22,261 nt of DNA, taken from contig JAFGOA010000144.1 in NCBI GenBank assembly GCA_016926735.1, positions 1 through 22,261 of the forward strand. The letters are read 5' to 3'. This document shows positions 1 through 9,223 of the stretch, piece by piece. The stretch's first letter is position 1. The number at the start of each line of letters is the position of its first letter. The notes beneath the pieces are model-generated. The model had not been told where the DNA came from, did no database searches, and was given only the letters and a program-made list of their open reading frames with translations. Both the position numbers and the translations under genes were made by a program. The stretch comes from Promethearchaeota archaeon. Lineage in GTDB: Archaea; Asgardarchaeota; Lokiarchaeia; Sigyniarchaeales; SOKP01.

Positions 1-974
1 TAATCATTTTCTGTAATAATAAGTTTATCATAATGATTTTTTGAGACTTTCCATTGTTTAATGTAAATATATTTATTTATTAAATTATCAATATAATCAA
101 AATAATATTGTATTTGATCAAGACGCATTTCATGAAAAGAAGATATATTAATAAATAAATCTGCAATTTTATGAGGTAATAGCTCTATTTGAGAAGGAAG
201 GAGAAATATAATATCTGACTCTTCAAATTCGACTTTTATTTCAGAAAAATTTTTAAATTTTCTGAATTTAAATATTTTTTTTTCTCGGAATTGATTAGAT
301 AGATATCTTTCAGCAACATATAATGCTGGAGGTATATCAATTATAATATATTTTATTTTAGGTATTAATTTTAGAAATACATAAGCAGTTCTACCATAAC
401 CAGCTCCTAATTCCATTATTGAATTAATATTATTTTTATTAATTTTTTCCATAATAGAATAATATTCTATTATTGAATTAGCTAAATCTTGAGATATGAT
501 TTTTTTTTTTTTATAAATTCTTGGAGGATTACCTTCAATAGGTTCATCAATTTTTTTTAATAAATTTTCTTTATCAACCTTTTTTGTATACCTCCATAAC
601 ATAAATACTAATAAGTTATAAAAATAACTTTTTAGAAATGATGATTTGATGATTCTATATTTAAAATTAAATACAAAAGCATGGATTAAATTTTTAATTA
701 CAGATAATTTTGGAATATTAAATAATAAGAATTTTATTTGATCATCTTGCCAAATTTTATAAGATTGAATAATCCAAGTAAAATAATTAAGAGCAAGAGT
801 TATTTTAAAATTTTTATATCCATCTTTTTCTAATTGAGAAATATTCTTATCATTTAGTAATAACCAAAGGTTACTTGGCAATAATTCTTTTCTTGATTTT
901 AGAAATTCTTGTTTCATTAAATTTAATTGATCATATTCTCTATTTGAGAAAGTTTTTATATTTTTTTTTTCCAT
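1..974 (-). CDS. Putative sugar O-methyltransferase (class I SAM-dependent, NanM/TIGR04371-like), 3'-truncated by the window edge
   Basis: Not in the ORF track because no stop lies in the window. Segments translated by hand share one frame from ATG 974: MEKKNIKTFSNREYDQLNLMKQEF...GYKNFKITLALNYFTW...EGNPPRIYKKKKIISQDLANS...IMELGAGYGRTAYVF...YIIIDIPPALY...KQWKVSKNHYDKLIITEND. ELGAGYG is SAM motif I and IIDIP is motif II. Confidence 0.85.
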   Translation of the reverse strand, partial: MEKKNIKTFSNREYDQLNLMKQEFLKSRKELLPSNLWLLLNDKNISQLEKDGYKNFKITLALNYFTWIIQSYKIWQDDQIKFLLFNIPKLSVIKNLIHAFVFNFKYRIIKSSFLKSYFYNLLVFMLWRYTKKVDKENLLKKIDEPIEGNPPRIYKKKKIISQDLANSIIEYYSIMEKINKNNINSIMELGAGYGRTAYVFLKLIPKIKYIIIDIPPALYVAERYLSNQFREKKIFKFRKFKNFSEIKVEFEESDIIFLLPSQIELLPHKIADLFINISSFHEMRLDQIQYYFDYIDNLINKYIYIKQWKVSKNHYDKLIITEND

Positions 975-1135
975 TATAGTTAAAATTCCTAATTATATTA
1001 TTCAATCATGTAATTGATTTTATAACATTCTAATAAAAAAAAGAATATAAATTTTAAGATATGAATAAAGAAAGAATTAAAAAGATTGAACAAATAAATA
1101 ATTTAAAAATTAAGTTTTAATTAATAAAATTACAC

Positions 1136-2293
1136 ATGTCAGAAGATAATCTTATTCCAATAGAAGATGTGCTAGAAGAAAATGAACGAGTAAAAGAACT
1201 TGAGAAAAGTAATTTTATCATAAAACCTAAGAAGATTGAGCAATATCTTAATGAATTCAAAAATAGAAAATCTGCCAAACCTAATGAAAAGACCTGGAAT
1301 GATTTAAAAGTTTTAATTACAGGAATAAGTGGTTTTGCAGGAAGTCACTTGGCAGAACATCTTTTAGATTTGGGGTGTAAAGTATTTGGTACAATAAGAA
1401 GACATGCTGTTCCTATGTATGAAAATATAGAACATCTTCGAGGAAGAATAAAATTATATGAAGCAGATCTTACAAGTGCAGAAAGAGTCTATAATATTAT
1501 AGAGGAGATAAACCCAAATTATGTTTTCCATCTTGCAGCTGAATCATTTGTACCCACATCATTCAGAGAACCAGCAAGGGTAATTAATAATAATATTGTT
1601 GGTACTATAAATATTTTTGAAGCTTTAAGAAAGTACGATAATGATTTAAAAAAAATACAAGTTGCCTGTAGTAGTGAACAATATGGTCTTGTTGATCCTT
1701 CAGAAGTTCCCGTAATAGAAGAATTAAAAATAAATCCCTTTAGACCAAGAAGCATTTATGGTATTACAAAAGTTGCAACTGAACAAATTGCTTGGCTTTA
1801 TCATAATTCCTATGGGATCCCTTCGATTATTACCCGGGGATTTAACCATGAAGGACCAAGAAGAGGTATTCAATTTGTAACAAGTGTAATTCATCGTCAA
1901 ATTGTTGAAATCTTAAAAAACTATAGAAAAAGTATAATAATAGGAAATCCAAATGCAATAAGAGATTTCACTCACGTAAAAGATACAATCAATGCTTATA
2001 TTCTAATATGTGAAAAGGGAGAATCAGGAGAACCATATAATGTATGCAGTGGAAAAGGGATTAGCATATCAGATTACATAATGTTATCAAAACAATTATA
2101 TGATATAAAAGCAGATGTTTTTGTTGATTCTAATAGATTAAGACCAAGCGAAGTTCCTTTATTAATTGGTAAAAATGATAAAATTGTAGAAAAAACTGGA
2201 TGGCAACCCGAAAGGTCTATTTTAGATATAATTAAAGAAGGAGTAAATTTTTTTGATAAACATCCAGAACAATTAGGTATTGAAGCTCATTGA
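1136..2293 (+). CDS. GDP-mannose/GDP-heptose 4,6-dehydratase family extended SDR
   Basis: ITGISGFAGSHL Rossmann motif, HLAAESFVPTSF, SSEQYG (Glu retained), YGITK (YxxxK), FNHEGPRRG, GNPNAIRDF, RLRPSEV. About 55-aa charged N-terminal extension. Hexose versus heptose substrate cannot be resolved by eye. Confidence 0.85.
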   Translation: MSEDNLIPIEDVLEENERVKELEKSNFIIKPKKIEQYLNEFKNRKSAKPNEKTWNDLKVLITGISGFAGSHLAEHLLDLGCKVFGTIRRHAVPMYENIEHLRGRIKLYEADLTSAERVYNIIEEINPNYVFHLAAESFVPTSFREPARVINNNIVGTINIFEALRKYDNDLKKIQVACSSEQYGLVDPSEVPVIEELKINPFRPRSIYGITKVATEQIAWLYHNSYGIPSIITRGFNHEGPRRGIQFVTSVIHRQIVEILKNYRKSIIIGNPNAIRDFTHVKDTINAYILICEKGESGEPYNVCSGKGISISDYIMLSKQLYDIKADVFVDSNRLRPSEVPLLIGKNDKIVEKTGWQPERSILDIIKEGVNFFDKHPEQLGIEAH

Positions 2294-2527
2294 AATAATC
2301 TTAGTCTAGTTGAATATATTTGGTAAAACTCGATACTATTTTCTTATATAATTAACAGATTCCTTCTGTTATTATCTAATTATTATTTAAACTTTTAAAA
2401 TATTAATTATCAAGATCTAATAAAAGATTATTTATTATGACGAAATGTTTTTTAATAATGAAAAAACAAATTCTGTTAACTAATATATAGAAATAAATAC
2501 AATAAATATTATAATATAGTTCCATTA

Positions 2528-2534
2528 GAGGTGA
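2528..2534 (+). promoter_or_regulatory. Shine-Dalgarno site GAGGTGA upstream of ATG 2541
   Basis: GAGGTGA ends 6 nt before the start codon and matches the archaeal-type SD consensus. Confidence 0.6.
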
Positions 2535-2540
2535 AGAATT

Positions 2541-2780
2541 ATGGATATAGCAGAAAAAAAAACAGATTATGAAAATATATTAATTCCAAATCCATTAGCT
2601 GAAAAATTAAAAAATATAATGAAAGATACAGGATTTTCATCTATTTCAAATTACATATCATCCATCTTGAGACAATTCATTTCCGCTAAAGATGGTGAAA
2701 AAAATCTGAAGCAAGCATTTTCAAAAGAAGAAGAAGAATCTATTAAGCAGAGATTGATAAATCTAGGATATTTAGAATAG
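2541..2780 (+). CDS. Small CopG/ribbon-helix-helix family protein with C-terminal RLxxLGYL motif
   Basis: Strand-helix-helix pattern (ILIPNPLAEKLKNIMKDTGFSSISNYISSILRQ), then FSKEEEESIKQRLINLGYLE. Has an SD site and lies 26 bp upstream of sat. Confidence 0.7.
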   Translation: MDIAEKKTDYENILIPNPLAEKLKNIMKDTGFSSISNYISSILRQFISAKDGEKNLKQAFSKEEEESIKQRLINLGYLE

Positions 2781-2806
2781 AAATAAATTTAAAGGAATTA
2801 ATCATT

Positions 2807-3952
2807 ATGATTGAACCACATGGGGGTACTTTAATCAATAAAGCTTTGCCTCAATCAGAAAAAAAAAGAATTTTAAACGAAATCCATGAATTTAATAAAA
2901 TTCCCGTAAATATACAGAAATGGAAAGAGATAAAGAATCTTTCTTTTGGAATTTTCAGTCCTTTAGGGGGTTTTATGAATGAAAATGACGTAATAAACGT
3001 ACTTGAACATATGTATTTAGAAAGTGATGTTGCTTGGCCAATTCCAATTGTTTTGGATGTATCTAAGGAAGAAGTGGCTAATTTAAAGGAAGATGATAGC
3101 ATAATTCTGACTGATATGAAAGATAATCCAATAGCCCTTTTAAATATTGAAAGTATCTATAATTATGATAAAAATTATTTTGCTGAAAAAATATTTGGTA
3201 CAATAGATATTTCACATCCAGGAGTAAAGAAAATAAAGGAACAAAAAGAATATCTTATAGGAGGAGAAGTCTTTCTAATAAATGAGTTGAATTCTCCTTT
3301 TCCAAATTTAGACTTAAAACCTCTTGAAACGCGTGTATTATTTAAAGCAAAAAAATGGGATAGAGTTGTAGCATTTCAAACAAGAAATCCACCACATCTA
3401 GGCCATGAATATATCCAAAAGGCATCTCTTACTTTTAATGATGGTTTATTTATTAACCCTGTAATTGGAAGAAAAAAACAAGGAGATTTTCTTGATGAAG
3501 TAATTATAGAATCATATAAAACTCTTATTAAGAATTATTTTCCAAAAAATAGAGTTGTTATGAGTATTTTTGAAACAGAAATGAGATATGCTGGTCCGAA
3601 AGAAGCTATTTTTCATGCTATCGCCAGAAAAAATTATGGATGTGACCATATTATTATTGGTAGGGATCATGCAGGAGTAGGAAATTTTTATAAACCTTAT
3701 GATGCCCATGAGATATTTAAAAATTTTCCAGATTTAGGTATTGAACCATTATTCTTTAGATCGTTTTCAAAATGTGCAATTTGTGATTCTGTAGTAAATG
3801 ATAAAATTTGCCCTCATCCTCCAGATAAACATGTTTTTTTCAGCGGAACAGATATAAGAGATATTTTATTATCTGGAAAAAAACCAACACCAGATATTAT
3901 GAGACCAGAAGTTGCTGAAGTAATATTAAAATATCAAAATCCATTTTGCTAA
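2807..3952 (+). CDS. sat: Sulfate adenylyltransferase (ATP sulfurylase)
   Basis: PHGG N-terminus, FSPLGGFM, FQTRNPPHLGH (HxGH), RYAGPKEA, GRDHAG, Zn site CAIC...CPH, MRPEV. Confidence 0.97.
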   Translation: MIEPHGGTLINKALPQSEKKRILNEIHEFNKIPVNIQKWKEIKNLSFGIFSPLGGFMNENDVINVLEHMYLESDVAWPIPIVLDVSKEEVANLKEDDSIILTDMKDNPIALLNIESIYNYDKNYFAEKIFGTIDISHPGVKKIKEQKEYLIGGEVFLINELNSPFPNLDLKPLETRVLFKAKKWDRVVAFQTRNPPHLGHEYIQKASLTFNDGLFINPVIGRKKQGDFLDEVIIESYKTLIKNYFPKNRVVMSIFETEMRYAGPKEAIFHAIARKNYGCDHIIIGRDHAGVGNFYKPYDAHEIFKNFPDLGIEPLFFRSFSKCAICDSVVNDKICPHPPDKHVFFSGTDIRDILLSGKKPTPDIMRPEVAEVILKYQNPFC

Positions 3953-3974
3953 ATTTTAAATTATATTAAATTAA

Positions 3975-4517
3975 ATGATCTTTATGGAACATAAAGGATT
4001 TACATTATGGTTTACGGGGCTTGCATGCTCAGGTAAAACCGTTCTTGCTGATGCTGTTGCTAATGAATTAAAAAAGCTCGAAATGAAAGTAGAAAGACTA
4101 GATGGGGATATCGTTAGAAAAAATCTAACAAAAGATTTAGGATTTACTGAAGAAGATCGAAATAAAAATATAGAAAGAGTAACTTTCGTCGCAAAGTTAT
4201 TATCTAGGAATGGAGTTGCCGTTTTAGCATCTTTTATATCTCCATACAATCAGATAAGAGATTATTCTCGAAATGAAATTGAAAATTATATTTTAGTCTA
4301 TGTGAAATGCTCACTAAAAGTATGTGAAGAAAGGGATGTAAAAGGAATGTATGCCAAAGCTAGAGCTGGTGAGATTAATAATTTTACCGGAATTGATCAT
4401 CCTTTTGAAGAACCAAATAATCCAGATATAGTTGTTGAAACGGATAAACAATCTATAGAAGAAAGTAAGCAAATTATTCTGAATTCACTTTATAATATGG
4501 GTTTTCTCCCTCAATAG
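3975..4517 (+). CDS. cysC: Adenylylsulfate (APS) kinase
   Basis: LWFTGLACSGKT P-loop, LDGD, DLGF..EDR..N, FISPY, RDVKGMY.KA, FTGI..PFEEP. Alternative start at ATG 3984. Confidence 0.96.
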   Translation: MIFMEHKGFTLWFTGLACSGKTVLADAVANELKKLEMKVERLDGDIVRKNLTKDLGFTEEDRNKNIERVTFVAKLLSRNGVAVLASFISPYNQIRDYSRNEIENYILVYVKCSLKVCEERDVKGMYAKARAGEINNFTGIDHPFEEPNNPDIVVETDKQSIEESKQIILNSLYNMGFLPQ

Positions 4518-4532
4518 TGATAATATTATATT

Positions 4533-5474
4533 TCATTTTTCATTTAATAATTCTAAAATTTTCTTTTTTAAATTCTTATAACTAAAACCATAATATTCTA
4601 AAAGTTCATTTCTCGATCCAGATTGTCCAAAACTATTTTCTATGCCTATTATTTTAATTTTCTTAGGACAATACTCAGAGATGATTCTAGATATTATACT
4701 GCCAAAACCGCAATATGTATTATGTTCTTCAATAACTATGACATTTTTATCATTTTTTATTAAAGAGATGAGATTTTTAGTATTTATCGGTTTAATAGTA
4801 GATTGATTTAAGATTCTTATTGATATATGCAATTCTTGTTCTAGTTTTAAAGCAAATTGAGATGCTATATAAGATCCAGAACCAATTCCAATAATACATA
4901 TATCATTGCTTTCATTACCATTTTTTATTACATCTATAGCATTTGGATCAAACTCAAAATCTTTTTTATGAATTACATTTAGATTACCTCGAGGCAATCT
5001 AATATAAAAAGGACCGGGAATCCTAAATGCATATTCCAGAACTTTTACTATTTCTATATTGTCACCTGGAACAATAACATTCAAATTTGGTAAGCATGCC
5101 ATTAAACTTAAATCTTCTAATGCACTATGAGTACTACCATCTCCTCCTACAAGCCCACCATGAGTTGTAATAAATTTGATATTTAAATTATCATGACAAG
5201 CTAATCTTATAAATTCCCATGCTCTACCTGTTGTAAATAAAGAAAACCCACATACAATAGGCATTTTATTTGAAATGGCAAATCCCATAGAGGCTCCAAT
5301 CATATTTTGTTCTGCAATACCAAAATTAAAAAATCGGTGCGGATATTTTTGAGCGAAAATATCTGATTTTGTTGATAATGATAAATCTGCATTTAAAACT
5401 ACCATATTTTGATATTTATCACCATTATAAGTTAGGAAATTACCAAGCACATCACGGGCAGGAAGATTTATCAT
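4533..5474 (-). CDS. Transketolase, C-terminal subunit (pyrimidine-binding and C-terminal domains)
   Basis: ADLSLST, FNFGIAEQNM, DGSTH, GPFYIRLPR, IEEH, FGQSG; adjacent to the N-terminal subunit gene. Confidence 0.93.
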   Translation of the reverse strand: MINLPARDVLGNFLTYNGDKYQNMVVLNADLSLSTKSDIFAQKYPHRFFNFGIAEQNMIGASMGFAISNKMPIVCGFSLFTTGRAWEFIRLACHDNLNIKFITTHGGLVGGDGSTHSALEDLSLMACLPNLNVIVPGDNIEIVKVLEYAFRIPGPFYIRLPRGNLNVIHKKDFEFDPNAIDVIKNGNESNDICIIGIGSGSYIASQFALKLEQELHISIRILNQSTIKPINTKNLISLIKNDKNVIVIEEHNTYCGFGSIISRIISEYCPKKIKIIGIENSFGQSGSRNELLEYYGFSYKNLKKKILELLNEK

Positions 5475-5479
5475 ATTTA

Positions 5480-6331
5480 TTAATCACCTTGAATTATTTC
5501 TATTTGTTTATTTATTTCCAAAACAGCAGATTCATATTCTTCTTTATTTGGTGGTTTACCATGATATCTTCGTGTATGCTCCATGAAAGAGACATCACTT
5601 CCTTTAATTAAATATGAAATAACAACAGTCGGTTTACGGAAAATTTTACAAGCATTTTTAAATCCATTAATTATTTCGTTGATATTTGACCCATCTATCT
5701 CTATTACTTCCCATCCAAATGCTTTCCATTTGTCAGCTAATGGCTCTAATGACATAACTTCTTCTGTGGAGCCATCACTTTGTATTCCATTTCTATCAAC
5801 AATTGCAATTAAATTATCTAATTTATAATGGCTTGCAGCCATAGCAGCTTCCCATACAACTCCTTCATTTAATTCACCATCTCCTAACAAGGTAAAAATT
5901 TTCTTGTTATTATTATTTAATTTTGCTGCTAATGCACATCCTATGCTTACAGAAAAGCCAATTCCTAAAGAACCAGTAGAAATCTCTATACCTAGATCTT
6001 TATTTTTTTTAGGGTGTCCTTGGAGTCTTGAACCAAAACTTCTAAGGGTATATAATTCTTTTTTTTCAATAAGTCCTATTTTAGATAATACAGCATATAA
6101 AGCTGGAGCCGCATGTCCTTTACTAAGGATAAAGATATCTCTATCTTCCATTAAAGGATTTTTAGCATCAAATTTCATCACTTTTTTATATAACAGATAA
6201 ATTAAATTAACACAAGATAATGATCCTCCCGGATGCCCAGATTGAGCTATCCAGATCATTTTCAAAATTTGTTTTTTGAGTTTTAAAATGTCTGTTAATA
6301 ATACCTTTTCTTCAATTGATGAGATTTGCAT
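5480..6331 (-). CDS. Transketolase, N-terminal (TPP-binding) subunit
   Basis: SGHPGGSLS, LSKGHAAPALY, LQGHP, STGSLG, TPP motif GDGE...DRN, HGKPP. Confidence 0.95.
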   Translation of the reverse strand: MQISSIEEKVLLTDILKLKKQILKMIWIAQSGHPGGSLSCVNLIYLLYKKVMKFDAKNPLMEDRDIFILSKGHAAPALYAVLSKIGLIEKKELYTLRSFGSRLQGHPKKNKDLGIEISTGSLGIGFSVSIGCALAAKLNNNNKKIFTLLGDGELNEGVVWEAAMAASHYKLDNLIAIVDRNGIQSDGSTEEVMSLEPLADKWKAFGWEVIEIDGSNINEIINGFKNACKIFRKPTVVISYLIKGSDVSFMEHTRRYHGKPPNKEEYESAVLEINKQIEIIQGD

Positions 6332-6337
6332 GGTTTT

Positions 6338-7321
6338 TTAATCTCTTGAAATATAATTTATAAGTTTTTCTTGATTAAAGAATTCAATAGGAGGTAAAGA
6401 AGCGGAATAGTTTGCGCCTTTAATAGCTAATTCTACAGCAATAGATGGAGATAATCCATTAGCATATGATAAACCTAAAATTGCCATAATAATACTTCCA
6501 ACAGTTACATAACTTCTAACAGGAGAACTTACTGATGAAGAATATATTTCAAAATTTTCTTTTGTATTTTGAAATAAGTAAGATTTTGATTCAATATGAT
6601 TTAATAAAACACTTTTAGTTTTTGTAGTATTGATAATTCTTTTTCCAACTATCGAAACACTAGTGTCATTACAGCATTCGATTGACAAAGCATTGAGTGC
6701 ATTTGGAAGATGTAATCTAATCATATCAATTCCTTCATATAAATAATAATTATTTATATTTGGACGTGCTATAATAGGTACTGAAAAATTATTTTTTATT
6801 TTATTTAGTAAATTATTGATAAAATTATCTTGAAATAAACCCCCGATTCCGTAATCCAATATCAATATAGAATCTAAATCAGAATCACGAGATAATATTT
6901 TCTCTAGTAATTTCTTATGTGTGGTATTGGGAATATTTTGATTATAATCTGTTTCTAATCGAAGAATATGCTGGTTCATAGCTTTAATTCTGGTGATTTG
7001 AGGTGTATTAATAGTATCATCAATTAAAATTCCAGAGGTCTCTATTGATAAATCGTGTAATTTTTTTAGAAAAAACTCACCTTCATAGTCATTTCCTATA
7101 ATAGTTGAGATTTCTGGAATTCCACCTAGAGATTTTATAAATTTTAAAACAAGACCAATTCCACCGAGGTATGTAATGGTTTCTTCTATTTTTACATTAG
7201 GAACTGGAGCATCAGGAGAAATTCTATCAGCTTGACCTGTTATATATTTATCTACTAAGGCTTCTCCAATAATTAAAACTTTTTTATTTTTCCAACTTTT
7301 TATATTTTCGATTATGTTCAT
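6338..7321 (-). CDS. HldE/RfaE kinase-domain-like (PfkB family) protein with degenerate catalytic motifs
   Basis: N-terminal HldE signature retained (LVDKYITGQADRISPDAPVP; later TR...NQHILRLE, LDY). The PfkB GAGD motif aligns to TVGS and the NxxE motif is absent. Confidence 0.8.
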   Translation of the reverse strand: MNIIENIKSWKNKKVLIIGEALVDKYITGQADRISPDAPVPNVKIEETITYLGGIGLVLKFIKSLGGIPEISTIIGNDYEGEFFLKKLHDLSIETSGILIDDTINTPQITRIKAMNQHILRLETDYNQNIPNTTHKKLLEKILSRDSDLDSILILDYGIGGLFQDNFINNLLNKIKNNFSVPIIARPNINNYYLYEGIDMIRLHLPNALNALSIECCNDTSVSIVGKRIINTTKTKSVLLNHIESKSYLFQNTKENFEIYSSSVSSPVRSYVTVGSIIMAILGLSYANGLSPSIAVELAIKGANYSASLPPIEFFNQEKLINYISRD

Positions 7322-7337
7322 TTTTGAGCAATTATTG

Positions 7338-7994
7338 TTATAGTTTTAATTGTTTTTGTAATTTTTCCCAATCATTCAGAAACGATTTTATTCCTTCTTC
7401 TGTTCTTGGGTGCTTAAACATTTTTTCTAAGACATCAAATGGAATTGTAGCAATATGTACTCCCATTTTAGCAGATTCAATTACATGTCTTGCGTTTCTA
7501 ATAGATGCTGCGATTATTTCAGACTTAAATTTGTATTTTTCAATAATTTGCATAGTCTCTTTAAGCATATCAATTTCATTTTGACCACTATCCATTAATC
7601 TTCCTATAAAAGGGCTGATATAAGAAGCACCTGCTTTTGCGGCTAATAATACTTGATTTTGGGAAAACACAAGAGTCACATTAGTTTTAATTCCTTCAGG
7701 TTCTAAAATTTTAACTGCTTTAATTCCTTCTTTAGTAAAAGGAATTTTTACAACAATATTAGAACCAATCTTTATTAGCTCTCTAGCTTCTTTAACCATT
7801 TCTTCCGTTGTCAAACCAATCACTTCGCCACTTACAGGACCTTTTACAATTTCACAAATTTTTTTTAGTTGTTCTATAGGTTCAGCACCTTCTTTTGCCA
7901 GAAGACTTGGATTTGTAGTGACTCCATCAAGAATCCCTAATTCTTGATATTCTTTTATTTGCTTTAAATTAGCAGTATCAATAAAAAATTTCAT
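7338..7994 (-). CDS. tal: Transaldolase (short TalC/FSA-fold type)
   Basis: [14 protein letters not shown], Schiff-base Lys in VVKIP, NVTLVFS, AASIR. Glu in SGEV and Phe in SPFIGR indicate transaldolase rather than fructose-6-phosphate aldolase. Confidence 0.93.
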   Translation of the reverse strand: MKFFIDTANLKQIKEYQELGILDGVTTNPSLLAKEGAEPIEQLKKICEIVKGPVSGEVIGLTTEEMVKEARELIKIGSNIVVKIPFTKEGIKAVKILEPEGIKTNVTLVFSQNQVLLAAKAGASYISPFIGRLMDSGQNEIDMLKETMQIIEKYKFKSEIIAASIRNARHVIESAKMGVHIATIPFDVLEKMFKHPRTEEGIKSFLNDWEKLQKQLKL

Positions 7995-8030
7995 ATAACA
8001 TCATTTAATTTTTTTTAATAATAATAATAT

Positions 8031-8585
8031 TCATTTGAATTTTATATTTTCGGCAAATTCTAATAGATTTTTATAGATATAATCTGGTTTAATTTCATTT
8101 AATTTCTTTTTTTCTTTAATTCCATGTCCTGTGAGAACCAATACTGTTTTACACCCAGCATTTTTTCCAGCTTTAATATCGTTTAATGTATCTCCTACTA
8201 TATAAGATTTTTTAAGATCAATATTATATTTTTCTTTTGCTTTAATTATCATCCCTGGATTAGGTTTTCTACATTCGCATATTCCGGTGAACATAGGATG
8301 ATGAGGACAAAAAAAGATATCATCAAGAAAAATCTTATTTTTTTTAAGAATTAAATTCATTTTTTTATGAATTTGATTAAGTCTAGCTTCTGAAAAATAA
8401 CCTCTAGCAATACCTGCTTGATTAGTGATCACAATTAAAAGATATCCCTTTTCTTTTAATATTTTAAGTGCATCTATTACTCCCTCTAATAAAACAAAAT
8501 CATCTGGATTAGATAAATAATTAATTTCTTTATTAATTACTCCATCTCTATCTAAAAAAATAGAATATCGCTTATCTTTCATCAT
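8031..8585 (-). CDS. gmhB: D-glycero-D-manno-heptose-1,7-bisphosphate phosphatase (HAD IIIA)
   Basis: FLDRDGVIN, ITNQAGI, Zn site CPHHP...CECRKP, VGD...D; clustered with gmhA and hddA. Confidence 0.92.
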   Translation of the reverse strand: MMKDKRYSIFLDRDGVINKEINYLSNPDDFVLLEGVIDALKILKEKGYLLIVITNQAGIARGYFSEARLNQIHKKMNLILKKNKIFLDDIFFCPHHPMFTGICECRKPNPGMIIKAKEKYNIDLKKSYIVGDTLNDIKAGKNAGCKTVLVLTGHGIKEKKKLNEIKPDYIYKNLLEFAENIKFK

Positions 8586-8588
8586 GCA

Positions 8589-9209
8589 TCAAGTTTTTAA
8601 TTGATTTATTACTTGGTTTGGATCTTCTGCTTTTAATATTGTACTTGAACTGCTTAAAATATCAGCTTTATCAAGTAGTTTACTATTATCCAAGTTAACA
8701 CCTCCATCAACATCAATTTTAAAATTGAACTTAGTTTTATATCTTGATAATTCGTTGACTTTATTGATTGTTTCGGGTATAAATTTTTGGCCTGACCAAC
8801 CAGGATTCACACCCATAATAAGAATAAAATGTATATCTTTTAAAAAAGGAATAACTTCAGATATAGGAGTTGAAGGATTGAGAACAATCCCAATTTCTTT
8901 ATTGTACTTTTTTATTTCATCTATAACTTTTTTTGTTGGATTTTCAGCTTCGATATGAAAAAAAAAAGCATCTATAAAATGAATTATTTTTTTAATATAA
9001 TTAAAAGGATCTATAACCATTAAATGAGCAAAAATTGGAATTTTAAAATTGGTTTTAAGGATTCTAAAAAGATCCAAATATAACATAGTATTATTTACAA
9101 AAATACCATCCATTACATCTACATGAATATAATCTAAATTTTTTAAGTTCTTTATTTGATCTATATTGGTATTTTCTAATGCATGGAGAGCTACAGCTAC
9201 TTTCTTCAT
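8589..9209 (-). CDS. rpe: Ribulose-phosphate 3-epimerase
   Basis: HVDVMDG.FV.N, HLMV, FHIE, LNPSTP, MGVNPGWSGQKF, VDGGVN. Confidence 0.93.
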   Translation of the reverse strand: MKKVAVALHALENTNIDQIKNLKNLDYIHVDVMDGIFVNNTMLYLDLFRILKTNFKIPIFAHLMVIDPFNYIKKIIHFIDAFFFHIEAENPTKKVIDEIKKYNKEIGIVLNPSTPISEVIPFLKDIHFILIMGVNPGWSGQKFIPETINKVNELSRYKTKFNFKIDVDGGVNLDNSKLLDKADILSSSSTILKAEDPNQVINQLKT

Positions 9210-9223
9210 ATTAAACTTTTTCC

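Noticed and set aside
2807-4517. Dissimilatory sulfate reduction
   Set aside because: sat is paired with cysC and no apr, qmo or dsr genes are present in the window.
4515-4523. Triple stop TAG-TGA-TAA after cysC as a sign of Pyl/Sec recoding
   Set aside because: The protein is complete at TAG, readthrough would add nothing, and tandem stops are expected in AT-rich DNA.
7338-7994. Fructose-6-phosphate aldolase call
   Set aside because: Has the transaldolase Glu/Phe pair, not the FSA Gln/Tyr pair.
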